Assembly: GCA_051252055.1 (NCBI GenBank)
Contig: JBPOFD010000006.1
Location: forward strand, 62,657 to 126,656
Direction of reading: 5' to 3'
From: Sulfitobacter sp.
GTDB taxonomy: Bacteria > Pseudomonadota > Alphaproteobacteria > Rhodobacterales > Rhodobacteraceae
DNA length: 64,000 nucleotides
Both the position numbers and the translations under genes were made by a program. Of this stretch, positions 1-9,450 are shown one piece after another; within the stretch, counting starts at the first letter, position 1; every line of letters begins with the position of its first letter. Under the pieces are notes generated by a model. It did no database searches and was not told where the DNA came from. It saw only the letters and a program-made list of their open reading frames with translations.

Positions 1-55
1 GTTTTGCGATTGTGAAAGCCACATCCGTTGCGCCGGGTCAGATTGGCGCGGGGCA

Positions 56-373
56 TTAACGCTCCAGCGGCGCGCAGCCCATCAGCCCCGCGGGCAGCAC
101 AAGATGCGCCCCGGCGCGGTAGAGATCGGCCACAAAGCCGGGGTCATCGCTGATCAGGACCAGCCCCAGCGGCAGATCATCGGTGATGGCCACATGGGCG
201 GGCAGCGCGGCGATGAAGCCGGGGCCCGCGAAGGGCACCAGCGCGGCGGGGGGCGCGGCGCTGAGATGCATCACGGCGGCCAGAAGCGCGATCCAAGCCG
301 CGCCAAGCAGGCACAGCCCGGCGAGGATTTTAGTAATCGTGGATATGTTCAACGTGGGTGCCTTCGCGCGCAT
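56..373 (-). CDS. small membrane protein, unknown family
   Basis: 105-aa ORF with an N-terminal hydrophobic helix (ILAGLCLLGAAWIALLAAV). Third codon positions are strongly G/C in this frame (hand check). It overlaps the upstream gene stop by 44 nt, so the start (ATG 373 or TTG 352) is uncertain. Confidence 0.5.
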   Translation of the reverse strand: MRAKAPTLNISTITKILAGLCLLGAAWIALLAAVMHLSAAPPAALVPFAGPGFIAALPAHVAITDDLPLGLVLISDDPGFVADLYRAGAHLVLPAGLMGCAPLER

Positions 374-1370
374 AGAGGCGCAGTTGCGCGGCCAGATCGG
401 TCACTTTGAGCCCGACAATATGGCGGTAATCGCCGTAGCCTTGGCGTTTCATGGTGCTGCGGGCGTTGGGGAAATCGGGCGCATCTGAGATCACGGTGAG
501 CATGATGTCGTCATTGCCTGCGATTTCGATGAAATCAATGCCGCTGGCGGCCATTTGCACCAAGATATGCGTGAGGGCGCGGTAGCGCGGGGTTTCAAGC
601 TCGATGCCCTCGGGGCGCTGGGCGATGGGGCGCACCCCTTCGATATCGGGGTCGGCGCTGGCGATGAGGCGCAAGGTGAGGGCGTCTTGGCCCACTCCGG
701 CGACCGCATTTTCAATGACTTTGGCATAGGCGGCTTTGGCGCGGTATTCGAGCCCGAGCGCCACGCGGCGTTCGCGGTCGCGAAAGCGGGGGGTGGCGGC
801 GGCATCAAGAGCGGCGGCGTCTGCAGTGAAATCCCATTGATACCACGGCACTTGTTGCAAGAACTGCGCATAGGCGCGGGCCTGCGCGGCGGAGAGATCA
901 TCAAGCGGGCTGTGATCGGGGCCGCGCACCCATGTGGCGATGTGGCCAAGGGTTTCTTCATAGGCGGCTTTGGCGAGCATTTCGGCGGTGAAGCTGGTGC
1001 CGATGACATAGACCATTTGTTTGGTTTCAAACGGCACGCCGCCATGATCGGCGGCGGTTTCGCTTAGATCGCAGAGCGCGGACCAAAACCCGGTGATGGC
1101 GCGCAAGTAGCTGTAATCATGCGGATCACCTGTGCGGATGACCTGTGCGTAATCATCATAGGCATGCACGATGTGCCATTCAGGATAGGTGAGGTAGCTG
1201 CGGCTTTCGGCGCGGTGATGGATCGGCGCAAGCAGGGAGTTATAGGTGTTTTCGGCGGTGGGGCGCTGGCAGGCAAGCTCCACATAGCCGACGGGCAAGA
1301 GCAGCCCGCCGATGAGCAAGACCAGCAGCAATGCGGCGCGTTTGCCCCAGCGCCAGAGCCCGCGCGCCAT
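330..1370 (-). CDS. membrane-anchored protein of unknown function
   Basis: Track ORF 330..1616 trimmed to the ATG at 1370 (MARGLWRW...), which overlaps the upstream stop as ATGA. It has an N-terminal TM helix (AALLLVLLIGGLLLPVGYV) followed by a soluble domain of about 300 aa. No family recognised. Confidence 0.7.
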   Translation of the reverse strand: MARGLWRWGKRAALLLVLLIGGLLLPVGYVELACQRPTAENTYNSLLAPIHHRAESRSYLTYPEWHIVHAYDDYAQVIRTGDPHDYSYLRAITGFWSALCDLSETAADHGGVPFETKQMVYVIGTSFTAEMLAKAAYEETLGHIATWVRGPDHSPLDDLSAAQARAYAQFLQQVPWYQWDFTADAAALDAAATPRFRDRERRVALGLEYRAKAAYAKVIENAVAGVGQDALTLRLIASADPDIEGVRPIAQRPEGIELETPRYRALTHILVQMAASGIDFIEIAGNDDIMLTVISDAPDFPNARSTMKRQGYGDYRHIVGLKVTDLAAQLRLYAREGTHVEHIHDY

Positions 1371-1774
1371 CAGCCGCGTTCCCGCGTCAGCCCGGCCCAC
1401 AGCGCAAAGCTGCCCAGTGCCAGATGCGGGACATTGGCCGCGAGGCGCAAGAAGGTGAAGGACAGGCCCGCGTTGCCATTGGTGAAAATACCAAGGTCGA
1501 GATAGCCATAGCCGGTGAAAAAGCCAAAGACCCCATCGCCCAGATAAAGCGCGCCAAAGGTGACGAGGAAGAACCGCGCGGCGCGCTGGGAGATCAGTGC
1601 CGCCGCCAAGGCCCAAAGCGCGGAGGCCACATGCAGCGCATCGTCGAAAATATCGAGCGCGAAGATGCCAAAGGCCAGCCCGTTTTCATCGGTCAGCCCC
1701 GGAATGTAATTCAGCGAGGCGGCGATCATCAGCGCGGCAAAATAGCCAAGGCAGATTTTTCTAAGCAGGGTCAT
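1370..1774 (-). CDS. small polytopic membrane protein (DUF4383-like)
   Basis: 134 aa with about 4 hydrophobic segments, Gly/Phe-rich. ATGA start/stop overlaps at both ends (1370-1373, 1771-1774). Confidence 0.7.
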   Translation of the reverse strand: MTLLRKICLGYFAALMIAASLNYIPGLTDENGLAFGIFALDIFDDALHVASALWALAAALISQRAARFFLVTFGALYLGDGVFGFFTGYGYLDLGIFTNGNAGLSFTFLRLAANVPHLALGSFALWAGLTRERG

Positions 1775-3285
1775 GAGGTTAAAGGCTCCAGATAGCGGTT
1801 CCAGAAGCCGCTGCGAAACATGCCGTTGGGATCGAGGCTTTGTTTTGTGGCGGCAAATTCGGCGGCGCGGGGGTAGGCGCGGGTGAATTGATCGAGGCTG
1901 GCATGGGGGCGGTAGGGCAGATAATAGGTGCCGCCGATCCCGGTGATGCCGTCGATCAGGGCGCGGGTCATGCGGGCCATGTCGGCCTCGGCGCGGGTGG
2001 TTTTCTCTTGGCTGAAGGACATCACGGCGGCGATGCGCGGCTGGGGCGCATAGGCCAGCCAGCTGGCATTATCGGCTGCGATGTAGCGCAGGGTGACGTT
2101 GAGAAATTCTTGATAGGAGCCGGGGATCACCGCGCGGCAGAGCGCCAGAAATTCGGGGAAACGCGCGGGCGAGACAAAATATTCATGCAAGATGTCCACG
2201 CGGTTTGTATCGCCATCATCCAGCGTGACCACAGGTTCGTTGATCAGCGAGTTGCGCGTGGTTGCGCCGCCGCCCACCGCCGGGCCAAGCCCGGTTTCAA
2301 ACCACCAGCGCAGCGCCTTGCCACGTTCATTGCCCAGTTGCGCGCGGTAGATGCGGCCTGCGATTTTCGAGATCGCGCCAGAGCCTGCGGCGGGGGGCAG
2401 ATCAGATTGATCCTCGCTGGGGCGGTAGGTGATCATCAGGGCTTTTTCGAAAAAATCATCATGGCTGACGTTGAGCCTCCCGTAGGCCATGTTCACGGCG
2501 GGGTCTTGCACGGCGGCCACAAAACGCGCGCCAAACTCAGCGGCGGGCATTTTGTCGAAACGGGGTTCGAGGCGCAGGTTGGGGGCGGCGGCGACGTTCA
2601 ATGCGGTGATGGCTCCGGTGAGGCCATAGCCGCCCATGGTCATGTTGAAGATGTCGGTGTTTTGCGCGGGGCTGGCGGTGATCAATTCGCCATCGGGCAG
2701 CACCATGTCGAGCGATTGCACCGTGGCCCCCATCGGGCCGAAGGGCACGGGCCAGCCATGGGCGTTGACGCAAAAAGTGGCGGCGAGGCCAAAGTCATTG
2801 TTCGATTGCATGACCTGCGGCGAGAGCCCGGCGGGATCAAGCGCGGCGATGATCTGCGACCAGCGTGCGCCTGCATGGGCGCGGTAGCCTTGGGCTGCGC
2901 TGTCGATCTCGATCGCGCCATTGTCAAAGGTGATCGCATGGCCGCCGGGGGGGATGGCCTGCGCGCCCATGGAGTGGCGGGCGGCGCCAATGTTGACGGG
3001 GCGGTTTGCGGCGCGGGCCTCTTTCATCTCGGCGCGGATGGCGTCGACGAGGGCGCTGCCGGGGTCTTGGGTCAGGGTGATGTGGCGGTGAACAGAGGTC
3101 GCGCTCAGCTCGCTGGCATCATTGAGAAGCTGCGGGCCGGGTGTGGGCGCGGGGCCGATCAGGCGCGGCGCGGTGCGGGTGATGTTGGGGTGCCAGTGGT
3201 TTGCAGCCAGCACGCCAAGGGCTGCGCCGCTGCCAAAGAGCGCGGCGCGGCGGGTGAAGGTTTTCAAAGATTTACGGTTGCGCAT
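1771..3285 (-). CDS. Tat-exported FAD-binding (PCMH-type) oxidoreductase
   Basis: Track ORF 1771..3612 trimmed to the ATG at 3285. The N-terminus MRNRKSLKTFTRRAALFGSGAALG is a twin-arginine signal. The body resembles FAD-linked oxidases (DprE1 / gulonolactone-oxidase-like). Confidence 0.85.
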   Translation of the reverse strand: MRNRKSLKTFTRRAALFGSGAALGVLAANHWHPNITRTAPRLIGPAPTPGPQLLNDASELSATSVHRHITLTQDPGSALVDAIRAEMKEARAANRPVNIGAARHSMGAQAIPPGGHAITFDNGAIEIDSAAQGYRAHAGARWSQIIAALDPAGLSPQVMQSNNDFGLAATFCVNAHGWPVPFGPMGATVQSLDMVLPDGELITASPAQNTDIFNMTMGGYGLTGAITALNVAAAPNLRLEPRFDKMPAAEFGARFVAAVQDPAVNMAYGRLNVSHDDFFEKALMITYRPSEDQSDLPPAAGSGAISKIAGRIYRAQLGNERGKALRWWFETGLGPAVGGGATTRNSLINEPVVTLDDGDTNRVDILHEYFVSPARFPEFLALCRAVIPGSYQEFLNVTLRYIAADNASWLAYAPQPRIAAVMSFSQEKTTRAEADMARMTRALIDGITGIGGTYYLPYRPHASLDQFTRAYPRAAEFAATKQSLDPNGMFRSGFWNRYLEPLTS

Positions 3286-3517
3286 CACGGCCCCTGCACT
3301 TGGTTTTGTTATGGGTAGCACCGCGAGGCCGCCGCGCAACAGGGGGAATTGCACGCCAGTGGCACCGCGCTTTGCCGCGAAATGCCGCAAGGGTGGGGCG
3401 GGGTTGGGGATTTTATGCAGTGATTTTGAAATGAATTCGCAATGAAATGGCCTTGTTGCGCTTGTTTGTCCCGCCGCAACAGCGTAAGGCGCAGCCGTTG
3501 GCCAAAAGCGAGGAACC

Positions 3518-4756
3518 ATGCCCGTTCTGGTAATGAAATTCGGCGGTACATCCGTCGCCACATTGGACCGCATTCGCCGTGCCGCTAAACGCGTGGGCGT
3601 TGAAGTGGCCAAAGGCTATGATGTGATCGTGATCGTATCTGCCATGTCTGGCAAAACCAATGAGTTGGTGGGCTGGGTCAATGAGACCTCGCCGCTGTAT
3701 GATGCCCGTGAATATGACGCGGTTGTCAGCTCGGGGGAGAATGTCACGGCGGGGCTGATGGCGTTGACCTTGCAAGAGATGGATATTCCGGCGCGCAGCT
3801 GGCAGGGCTGGCAAGTGCCGGTCAAGACCACCTCGGCGCATAGTCAAGCGCGGATCGAAGATATTCCGCCACAAAACATCAATGCGCGTTTTGCCGATGG
3901 CATGCGGGTTGCGGTTGTGGCCGGGTTTCAAGGTGTGAGCCCCGAGGGGCGGATTACCACGCTGGGCCGGGGCGGATCGGACACCACGGCGGTGGCCTTT
4001 GCGGCAGCATTTGAGGCCGAGCGCTGTGACATCTATACCGATGTGGACGGGGTTTACACCACCGACCCACGGGTCAGCGAAAAGGCCCGCAAGCTCGATA
4101 AAATCGCCTTTGAAGAGATGCTGGAATTGGCATCTTTGGGCGCGAAGGTTTTGCAGACCCGCTCGGTTGAGTTGGCGATGCGGTATAAGGTCAAGCTGCG
4201 GGTGCTCAGCAGTTTTGAAGAACAATCCGACGAGGCCGGTACGCTGGTCTGCGACGAGGAGGAAATCATGGAAAGCAATGTGGTATCTGGGATCGCGTTC
4301 AGCCGCGATGAGGCGAAGATGACGCTGGTGTCGGTTGCGGACCGTCCGGGCATTGCGGCGTCGATCTTTACCGCGCTGAGCGAAGGCGGCGTGAACGTGG
4401 ATATGATCGTGCAGAACATCTCGGAAGAGGGTCGCACGGATATGACGTGGTCTTGCCCGGTTGATCAGGTGAAACGCGCCGATAAAGCGATTGCGGATGC
4501 CAAAGCGGCGGGTGTGATCAACTATCACGAGATCATCGCCGACGAGAATGTCGCCAAGGTATCCGTGGTGGGCATTGGCATGCGCAGCCACACAGGCGTT
4601 GCTGCCAAGATGTTCAAGGTGCTGAGCGCCGAGGGCATTAACATCAAAGTGATCACCACATCAGAGATCAAAATCTCTGTTCTGATTGACCGCAAATACA
4701 TGGAATTGGCCGTGCAGGCGTTGCATGATGCGTTTGAATTGCACAAGGCGGGGTAA
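3518..4756 (+). CDS. lysC: aspartate kinase
   Basis: MPVLVMKFGGTSVA... kinase N-terminus and C-terminal ACT repeats; 412 aa; GAGGA RBS upstream. Confidence 0.97.
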   Translation: MPVLVMKFGGTSVATLDRIRRAAKRVGVEVAKGYDVIVIVSAMSGKTNELVGWVNETSPLYDAREYDAVVSSGENVTAGLMALTLQEMDIPARSWQGWQVPVKTTSAHSQARIEDIPPQNINARFADGMRVAVVAGFQGVSPEGRITTLGRGGSDTTAVAFAAAFEAERCDIYTDVDGVYTTDPRVSEKARKLDKIAFEEMLELASLGAKVLQTRSVELAMRYKVKLRVLSSFEEQSDEAGTLVCDEEEIMESNVVSGIAFSRDEAKMTLVSVADRPGIAASIFTALSEGGVNVDMIVQNISEEGRTDMTWSCPVDQVKRADKAIADAKAAGVINYHEIIADENVAKVSVVGIGMRSHTGVAAKMFKVLSAEGINIKVITTSEIKISVLIDRKYMELAVQALHDAFELHKAG

Positions 4757-4773
4757 TCCATTCCCCGCCGTTT
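4747..4773 (+). terminator. candidate intrinsic terminator of lysC
   Basis: GGCGGGG-N9-CCCCGCC stem overlapping the TAA stop, followed by GTTT. The T-tract is short. Confidence 0.4.
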
Positions 4774-4844
4774 ACGCAAAAACTGTCGTGTTCGCCGCGT
4801 TTATGAATTAAACCTCCCTCTGAACGGGTAGAGGGCAATTTAGA

Positions 4845-7091
4845 ATGGCTGAAAGTCACGAAACAGAAAGCCGCAAACTGCTTGGCAGGCTGCGCGATGC
4901 CATGGCATCGGAGTCTGCGGGCCAAGAGCGGCTGGATAAGATCACCACGCTGATTGCGTCCTCTATGGGCTGCGAGGTTTGTTCTATCTATTTGTTTCGA
5001 GACGAAGAAACGCTTGAGCTTTGCGCCACGGAAGGGCTGAACAAAGCGGCGGTTCACGAAACACGCATGAAGCTTGGCGAGGGTTTGGTGGGCCGGGTGG
5101 CGAAACACCGCCGGGTGATCAACACCGCAGATGCCCCCCAAGCGCGCGGTTTCCGGTTTATGCCAGAGACCGGCGAAGAGATTTTTTCCAGCTTCCTTGG
5201 TGTGCCAATCCAGCGTGTGGGCGACCGTTTGGGCGTTTTGGTGGTGCAATCCAAAGCAGCGCGTGAATTTTCAGCAGATGAGATTTATGCGCTTGAAGTG
5301 GTCGCCATGGTTTTGGCCGAGATGACCGAATTGGGTGTGTTTCTGGGCGAGGGCGCGGCCATGTCGGCGCGCCATTCGCAGCCCGTGCTTTTGCCCGGCA
5401 CCGTGGCCCAAGAGGGCGTGGCGGAGGGGCATGTGTGGCTGCATGAGCCGCGTGTGGTTGTCTCCAACCCGATTGCCGATGATCCGCATAAAGAAGCTGT
5501 GCGTTTGGAGGCGGCGGTGGATGATCTGCGCGTGAGCGTTGATCAGTTGTTGACCATGTCCGCCGATAAGGACCAGCGGCAGGTGCTCGAAGCCTACCGG
5601 ATGTTTGCCAATTCCAAGGGCTGGATGCGGCGCATGCAAGAAGACATTGCGCGCGGTCTGTCTGCCGAAGCGGCGGTGGAAAAAGAGCAATCGCTGGCGC
5701 GCACAAGAATTGGGCAGGCGAGCGATCCTTATTTGCGCGAGCGCCTGTCGGATCTGGATGATCTGTCGAACCGTTTGCTGCGCATCCTGACCGGGCAGGG
5801 CAGTGATACCGGGGCAGAGATGCCCGTTGATCCCATCCTTGTGGCCAGCAATATCGGCCCGGCGGAGCTGCTTGAATATGGCCGTTCGCTCAAGGGGATT
5901 GTGCTGGAGAACGGCTCGGTTGGATCGCATGCGGCGATTGTGGCGCGGGCCTTGGCCATTCCGTTGATTGTACATGCGGGGCGCATCACCTCAGAGGCGC
6001 TCAACGGTGATCACATCATGGTGGATGGCGAGCAAGGCGTGGTGCATTTGCGCCCCGATGACACGGTCGCCACAGCGTTCCGCGATAAGATCGCCATGCA
6101 GGCGGCGGCGCAGGAAAGATACGCCTCGATCCGCGACAAACCCGCGATTTCCAAATGCGGCACCACTGTGGGGCTGCATATGAATGCAGGGCTGATGGCT
6201 GATCTGCCATCGCTCGAGGGATCGGGCGCGGAAGGCGTGGGCCTGTTTCGCACTGAGCTGCAATTTCTGGTGCGCAACAAGATGCCCAAACGCTCTGAGC
6301 TGTCGGCGCTTTATGCGCGGGTGCTGGATGCGGCGGGGGGCAAACGTGTGGTGTTTCGCACGCTTGATATCGGGTCGGATAAGGTGCTGCCTTATATGAA
6401 GCCCAATGACGAGCCGAACCCCGCGCTGGGCTGGCGCGCGATCCGGGTGGGGCTGGATAAGCCCGGCGTGATGCAGATGCAGTTGCAGGCGTTGCTGCGG
6501 GCCGCCAATGGGCGCAGCCTGTCGGTGATGTTCCCCTTTGTGGCGCAGTTCGAGGAATATCGCGCGGCGCGCAATGCGTTGACCAAGGCGCTGGCCCGCG
6601 AGGAGCGGCTTGGCCATGCGCTGCCTGCGCGGATTGAAGTGGGGGCGATGCTGGAGACGCCGAGCCTTGCCTTTGCGCCCAATCAATTCTTTGAAGAGGT
6701 CGATTTCCTGTCAATTGGCGGCAATGATCTCAAGCAGTTCTTTTTTGCGGCGGACCGGGAAAATGAGCGGGTGCGGCGGCGCTATGACACGCTCAATGTA
6801 AGTTTCCTGACGTTTTTGGAGCGCATTGTTGAGCGCTGTGAGGCCACGGGCACGCCATTGTCGTTCTGCGGCGAGGATGCGGGGCGCCCCGTAGAGGCTT
6901 TGTGTTTTGCCGCCATTGGCATTCGCAGCCTGTCCATGCGCCCGGCGTCTATTGGTCCGGTGAAAAACCTGATCCGGCGCAGCAACATCGAAGAGGTTCG
7001 CGCCGTGATTTACCAAGCGCGCGACCGCGGAGAGATGTCGGTGCGCGGCGCGGTGATGGAGTATTTGCGCGGCCAGTCGGGGCAGGCGTGA
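4845..7091 (+). CDS. ptsP: phosphoenolpyruvate-protein phosphotransferase EI-Ntr (GAF + PEP-utilising domains)
   Basis: 748 aa with an N-terminal GAF-like region and a C-terminal enzyme I body (GSHAAIVARALAIP..., GTNDL-like SIGGNDL). The lysC-ptsP adjacency is typical of alphaproteobacteria. Confidence 0.95.
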   Translation: MAESHETESRKLLGRLRDAMASESAGQERLDKITTLIASSMGCEVCSIYLFRDEETLELCATEGLNKAAVHETRMKLGEGLVGRVAKHRRVINTADAPQARGFRFMPETGEEIFSSFLGVPIQRVGDRLGVLVVQSKAAREFSADEIYALEVVAMVLAEMTELGVFLGEGAAMSARHSQPVLLPGTVAQEGVAEGHVWLHEPRVVVSNPIADDPHKEAVRLEAAVDDLRVSVDQLLTMSADKDQRQVLEAYRMFANSKGWMRRMQEDIARGLSAEAAVEKEQSLARTRIGQASDPYLRERLSDLDDLSNRLLRILTGQGSDTGAEMPVDPILVASNIGPAELLEYGRSLKGIVLENGSVGSHAAIVARALAIPLIVHAGRITSEALNGDHIMVDGEQGVVHLRPDDTVATAFRDKIAMQAAAQERYASIRDKPAISKCGTTVGLHMNAGLMADLPSLEGSGAEGVGLFRTELQFLVRNKMPKRSELSALYARVLDAAGGKRVVFRTLDIGSDKVLPYMKPNDEPNPALGWRAIRVGLDKPGVMQMQLQALLRAANGRSLSVMFPFVAQFEEYRAARNALTKALAREERLGHALPARIEVGAMLETPSLAFAPNQFFEEVDFLSIGGNDLKQFFFAADRENERVRRRYDTLNVSFLTFLERIVERCEATGTPLSFCGEDAGRPVEALCFAAIGIRSLSMRPASIGPVKNLIRRSNIEEVRAVIYQARDRGEMSVRGAVMEYLRGQSGQA

Positions 7092-7101
7092 GGGCGGGGT
7101 C

Positions 7102-7123
7102 GAGTATTTGAAGAAGGGTGAAG
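7102..7123 (+). repeat. dispersed intergenic motif, copy A (GAGTATTTGAAGAAGGGTGAAG)
   Basis: 20/23 match to the TGAGTATTTTTAGAAGGGTGAAG core seen at 30701, 57030 and 61051. Followed by an imperfect hairpin GAAGCGGCC-N7-GGCGGCTTC. Confidence 0.7.
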
Positions 7124-7221
7124 CGGCCATTTCGGGGCGGCTTCGCAAAGTGTCGTTGCCGCAGAGCCTGTGATGTGGCAAAGGTAATGCGATAGATTCT
7201 GAACGAAAGAGTTTACTTCCC

Positions 7222-7875
7222 ATGACAGATTTTGACGCGCGCCGTGAAGTGATGGTTGATACGCAAATCCGCCCGTCGGATGTGACCAAATTCCCGATCA
7301 TTGAAGCGATGCTGGCTGTGCCGCGCGAGGATTTTGTGCCCGCGGCCCGGCGTGAGGCGGCGTATCTGGGGGAAAACCTGTCGTTGGGGCAGGGGCGGGT
7401 GCTGCTTGATCCACGGACCCTGGCCAAGATGCTGGATGCTTTGGCAATTGGCGCGGATGAGATGGTGCTCGATATTGGCTGTGCTATGGGCTATTCGGCG
7501 GCGGTGATTGCGCGCATGGCCGAGGCGGTGATTGCCGTCGAAGAAGAGCCGTCTTTTGCCGCCGAGGCGCAGGAGGCTTTGGTGGCTGTGGGCGCGGATA
7601 ATGCGGTGGTGCATGTGGGGCCATTGGTTGGGGGCGCGCCGCAGCACGGCCCTTATGATGTGATCATTGTGCAGGGCGGTGTGGGCGTTTGGCCAGTGGC
7701 GCTGAGTGATCAGCTCAAGGATGGCGGGCGCATTGCGGCGCTGTTTATGGAGGGCGCGCTGGGCGAGGTCCGGATTGGCCATAAGCGCGGCGCGGATCTG
7801 CATTGGCGCCGGGCGTTTAATGCCAGCGCGCCGGTTTTGCCGGGCTTTGCCCCTGAAGCTGCGTTTCAATTGTAA
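7222..7875 (+). CDS. pcm: protein-L-isoaspartate O-methyltransferase
   Basis: 217 aa; VPREDFVP and VLDIGCAMGYSAAV SAM-binding motifs. Confidence 0.9.
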   Translation: MTDFDARREVMVDTQIRPSDVTKFPIIEAMLAVPREDFVPAARREAAYLGENLSLGQGRVLLDPRTLAKMLDALAIGADEMVLDIGCAMGYSAAVIARMAEAVIAVEEEPSFAAEAQEALVAVGADNAVVHVGPLVGGAPQHGPYDVIIVQGGVGVWPVALSDQLKDGGRIAALFMEGALGEVRIGHKRGADLHWRRAFNASAPVLPGFAPEAAFQL

Positions 7876-7923
7876 TAAAATGCGCGGGCTTGTGCCCGGC
7901 GCGACGAAACTTTCAAGAGGCGA

Positions 7924-9345
7924 ATGATGACGTTTTTCAACAAAGGCAAAGAGCGGCTGGCGGCTGTTGCGATGGTGGTTGCGGTGGCGATGCCGCAAAG
8001 CGCGTGGTCGGAGACATTGGCCGATGCTTTGGTGGGGGCGTATAATCATTCGGGGCTGCTTGAGCAGAACCGCGCTTTGCTGCGGGCGGCTGATGAGGAT
8101 GTGGCCTTTGCGGCCTCGGCGCTTAAGCCCATCGTGAGCTGGAGCGCCGCCGTGACGCGCAATTTTGGCCATGCGGTGATCGACAGCACGGTTTTGTCGC
8201 GCAGCCAGCTTGAGGAAACCTCGGCGAGTTTGGCGATTTCGGCCAGTTTGCTGCTTTATGATTTTGGCAGCACCGCGTTTCAGGTAGAGGCCGCCAAAGA
8301 GGTGGTTTTGGCCACGCGGCAGCAATTGGTCAGCGTGGAGCAGGGCGTTTTGCTTGATGCGGTATCGGCCTATATGGGCATGATCAGCGCGGCGGAATTT
8401 GTTGATCTGCGGGAAAATAACATTCGGGTTTTGACCCAAGAGCTGCGCGCCGCGCGGGACCGGTTTGAAGTGGGCGAAGTGACGCGCACCGATGTGGCGC
8501 TGGCCGAAGCGCAATTGGCCGAGGCCCGTGCGGGTCTGGCTGTGGCGCAGGGTGATTTGGCTGTGGCACGTGAGGAGTATAAGCGCGCTGTGGGCCGCAC
8601 GCCGGGCCGTTTGGCCGGGCCGCCGAGCCTGCCGCAATTGGCGGGGAATATCGCCAATGCCAAAGCGGCCGCTGTGCGCCGCCACCCCAATATGCTGGCG
8701 GTGCAGCATCAGGTTGCTGCTGCGGATTTGACCATTCGCCGCGCCGAAGCTGCGATGAAACCAACGGTGAAGTTGAACGGGTCTTTGTCCCTGTCGGAGA
8801 GCCTGTCGGACCGGGACGCGACGCGCTCTGGCTCGGTTGGTGTGAGCGTTGGCGGGCCGATTTACCAAGGCGGCGCGCTTTCGTCCTCGGTGCGCCAAGC
8901 GCAGGCGCAGCGCGATGCGTCGCGGGCGAATTTGCATGTGGTGAAGCTCTCGGTGGAGCAGGCGGTGGGCAATGCCTATGCGCAGCTTAGCTCTGCCAAG
9001 GCGGCGCTTGAGGCCTCGGAGCGGCAGATTCGCGCCGCGCGGATTGCCTTTGACGGGGTGCGCGAGGAAGCGACGCTGGGGGCGCGGACCACATTGGACG
9101 TGCTGGATGCGGAGCAATCCTTGCTTGATGCGCAGGCGAACCGGATTTCGGCACGCTCGAACCTTTATATTGCCTCCTACGGTGTGTTGGCGGCCACAGG
9201 CCGGTTGACCGCATTGGACCTGAAATTGCCGGTTCAGCAATACGATCCAGCAGCTTATTACAATTTGGTTAAAGACTCGCCGACCAAAGCATCTAAGCAG
9301 GGGCAGGCGCTTGATAGAGTTTTGAAATCACTTCAGAAAAATTAA
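7924..9345 (+). CDS. tolC: TolC-family outer membrane channel
   Basis: 473 aa with a signal peptide (AVAMPQSAWSE) and two repeated coiled-coil/barrel halves typical of TolC. Confidence 0.9.
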   Translation: MMTFFNKGKERLAAVAMVVAVAMPQSAWSETLADALVGAYNHSGLLEQNRALLRAADEDVAFAASALKPIVSWSAAVTRNFGHAVIDSTVLSRSQLEETSASLAISASLLLYDFGSTAFQVEAAKEVVLATRQQLVSVEQGVLLDAVSAYMGMISAAEFVDLRENNIRVLTQELRAARDRFEVGEVTRTDVALAEAQLAEARAGLAVAQGDLAVAREEYKRAVGRTPGRLAGPPSLPQLAGNIANAKAAAVRRHPNMLAVQHQVAAADLTIRRAEAAMKPTVKLNGSLSLSESLSDRDATRSGSVGVSVGGPIYQGGALSSSVRQAQAQRDASRANLHVVKLSVEQAVGNAYAQLSSAKAALEASERQIRAARIAFDGVREEATLGARTTLDVLDAEQSLLDAQANRISARSNLYIASYGVLAATGRLTALDLKLPVQQYDPAAYYNLVKDSPTKASKQGQALDRVLKSLQKN

Positions 9346-9450
9346 TCACCGCAAATTCGATACAAGTTTTACGGGTTCTATTTTCTCCGGTCTATTGTGA
9401 GAATCTATAGGCGGCTGTAGACTGTGCGGTGAGGCAAGAGTGGAAGTAAT

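Noticed and set aside
7213-9240. 675-aa ORF on the minus strand spanning pcm and tolC.
   Set aside because: It is antisense to two well-supported genes. The translation is Arg/His/Gln/Pro-rich and low complexity with no domain pattern, which is a typical open antisense frame in high-GC DNA.
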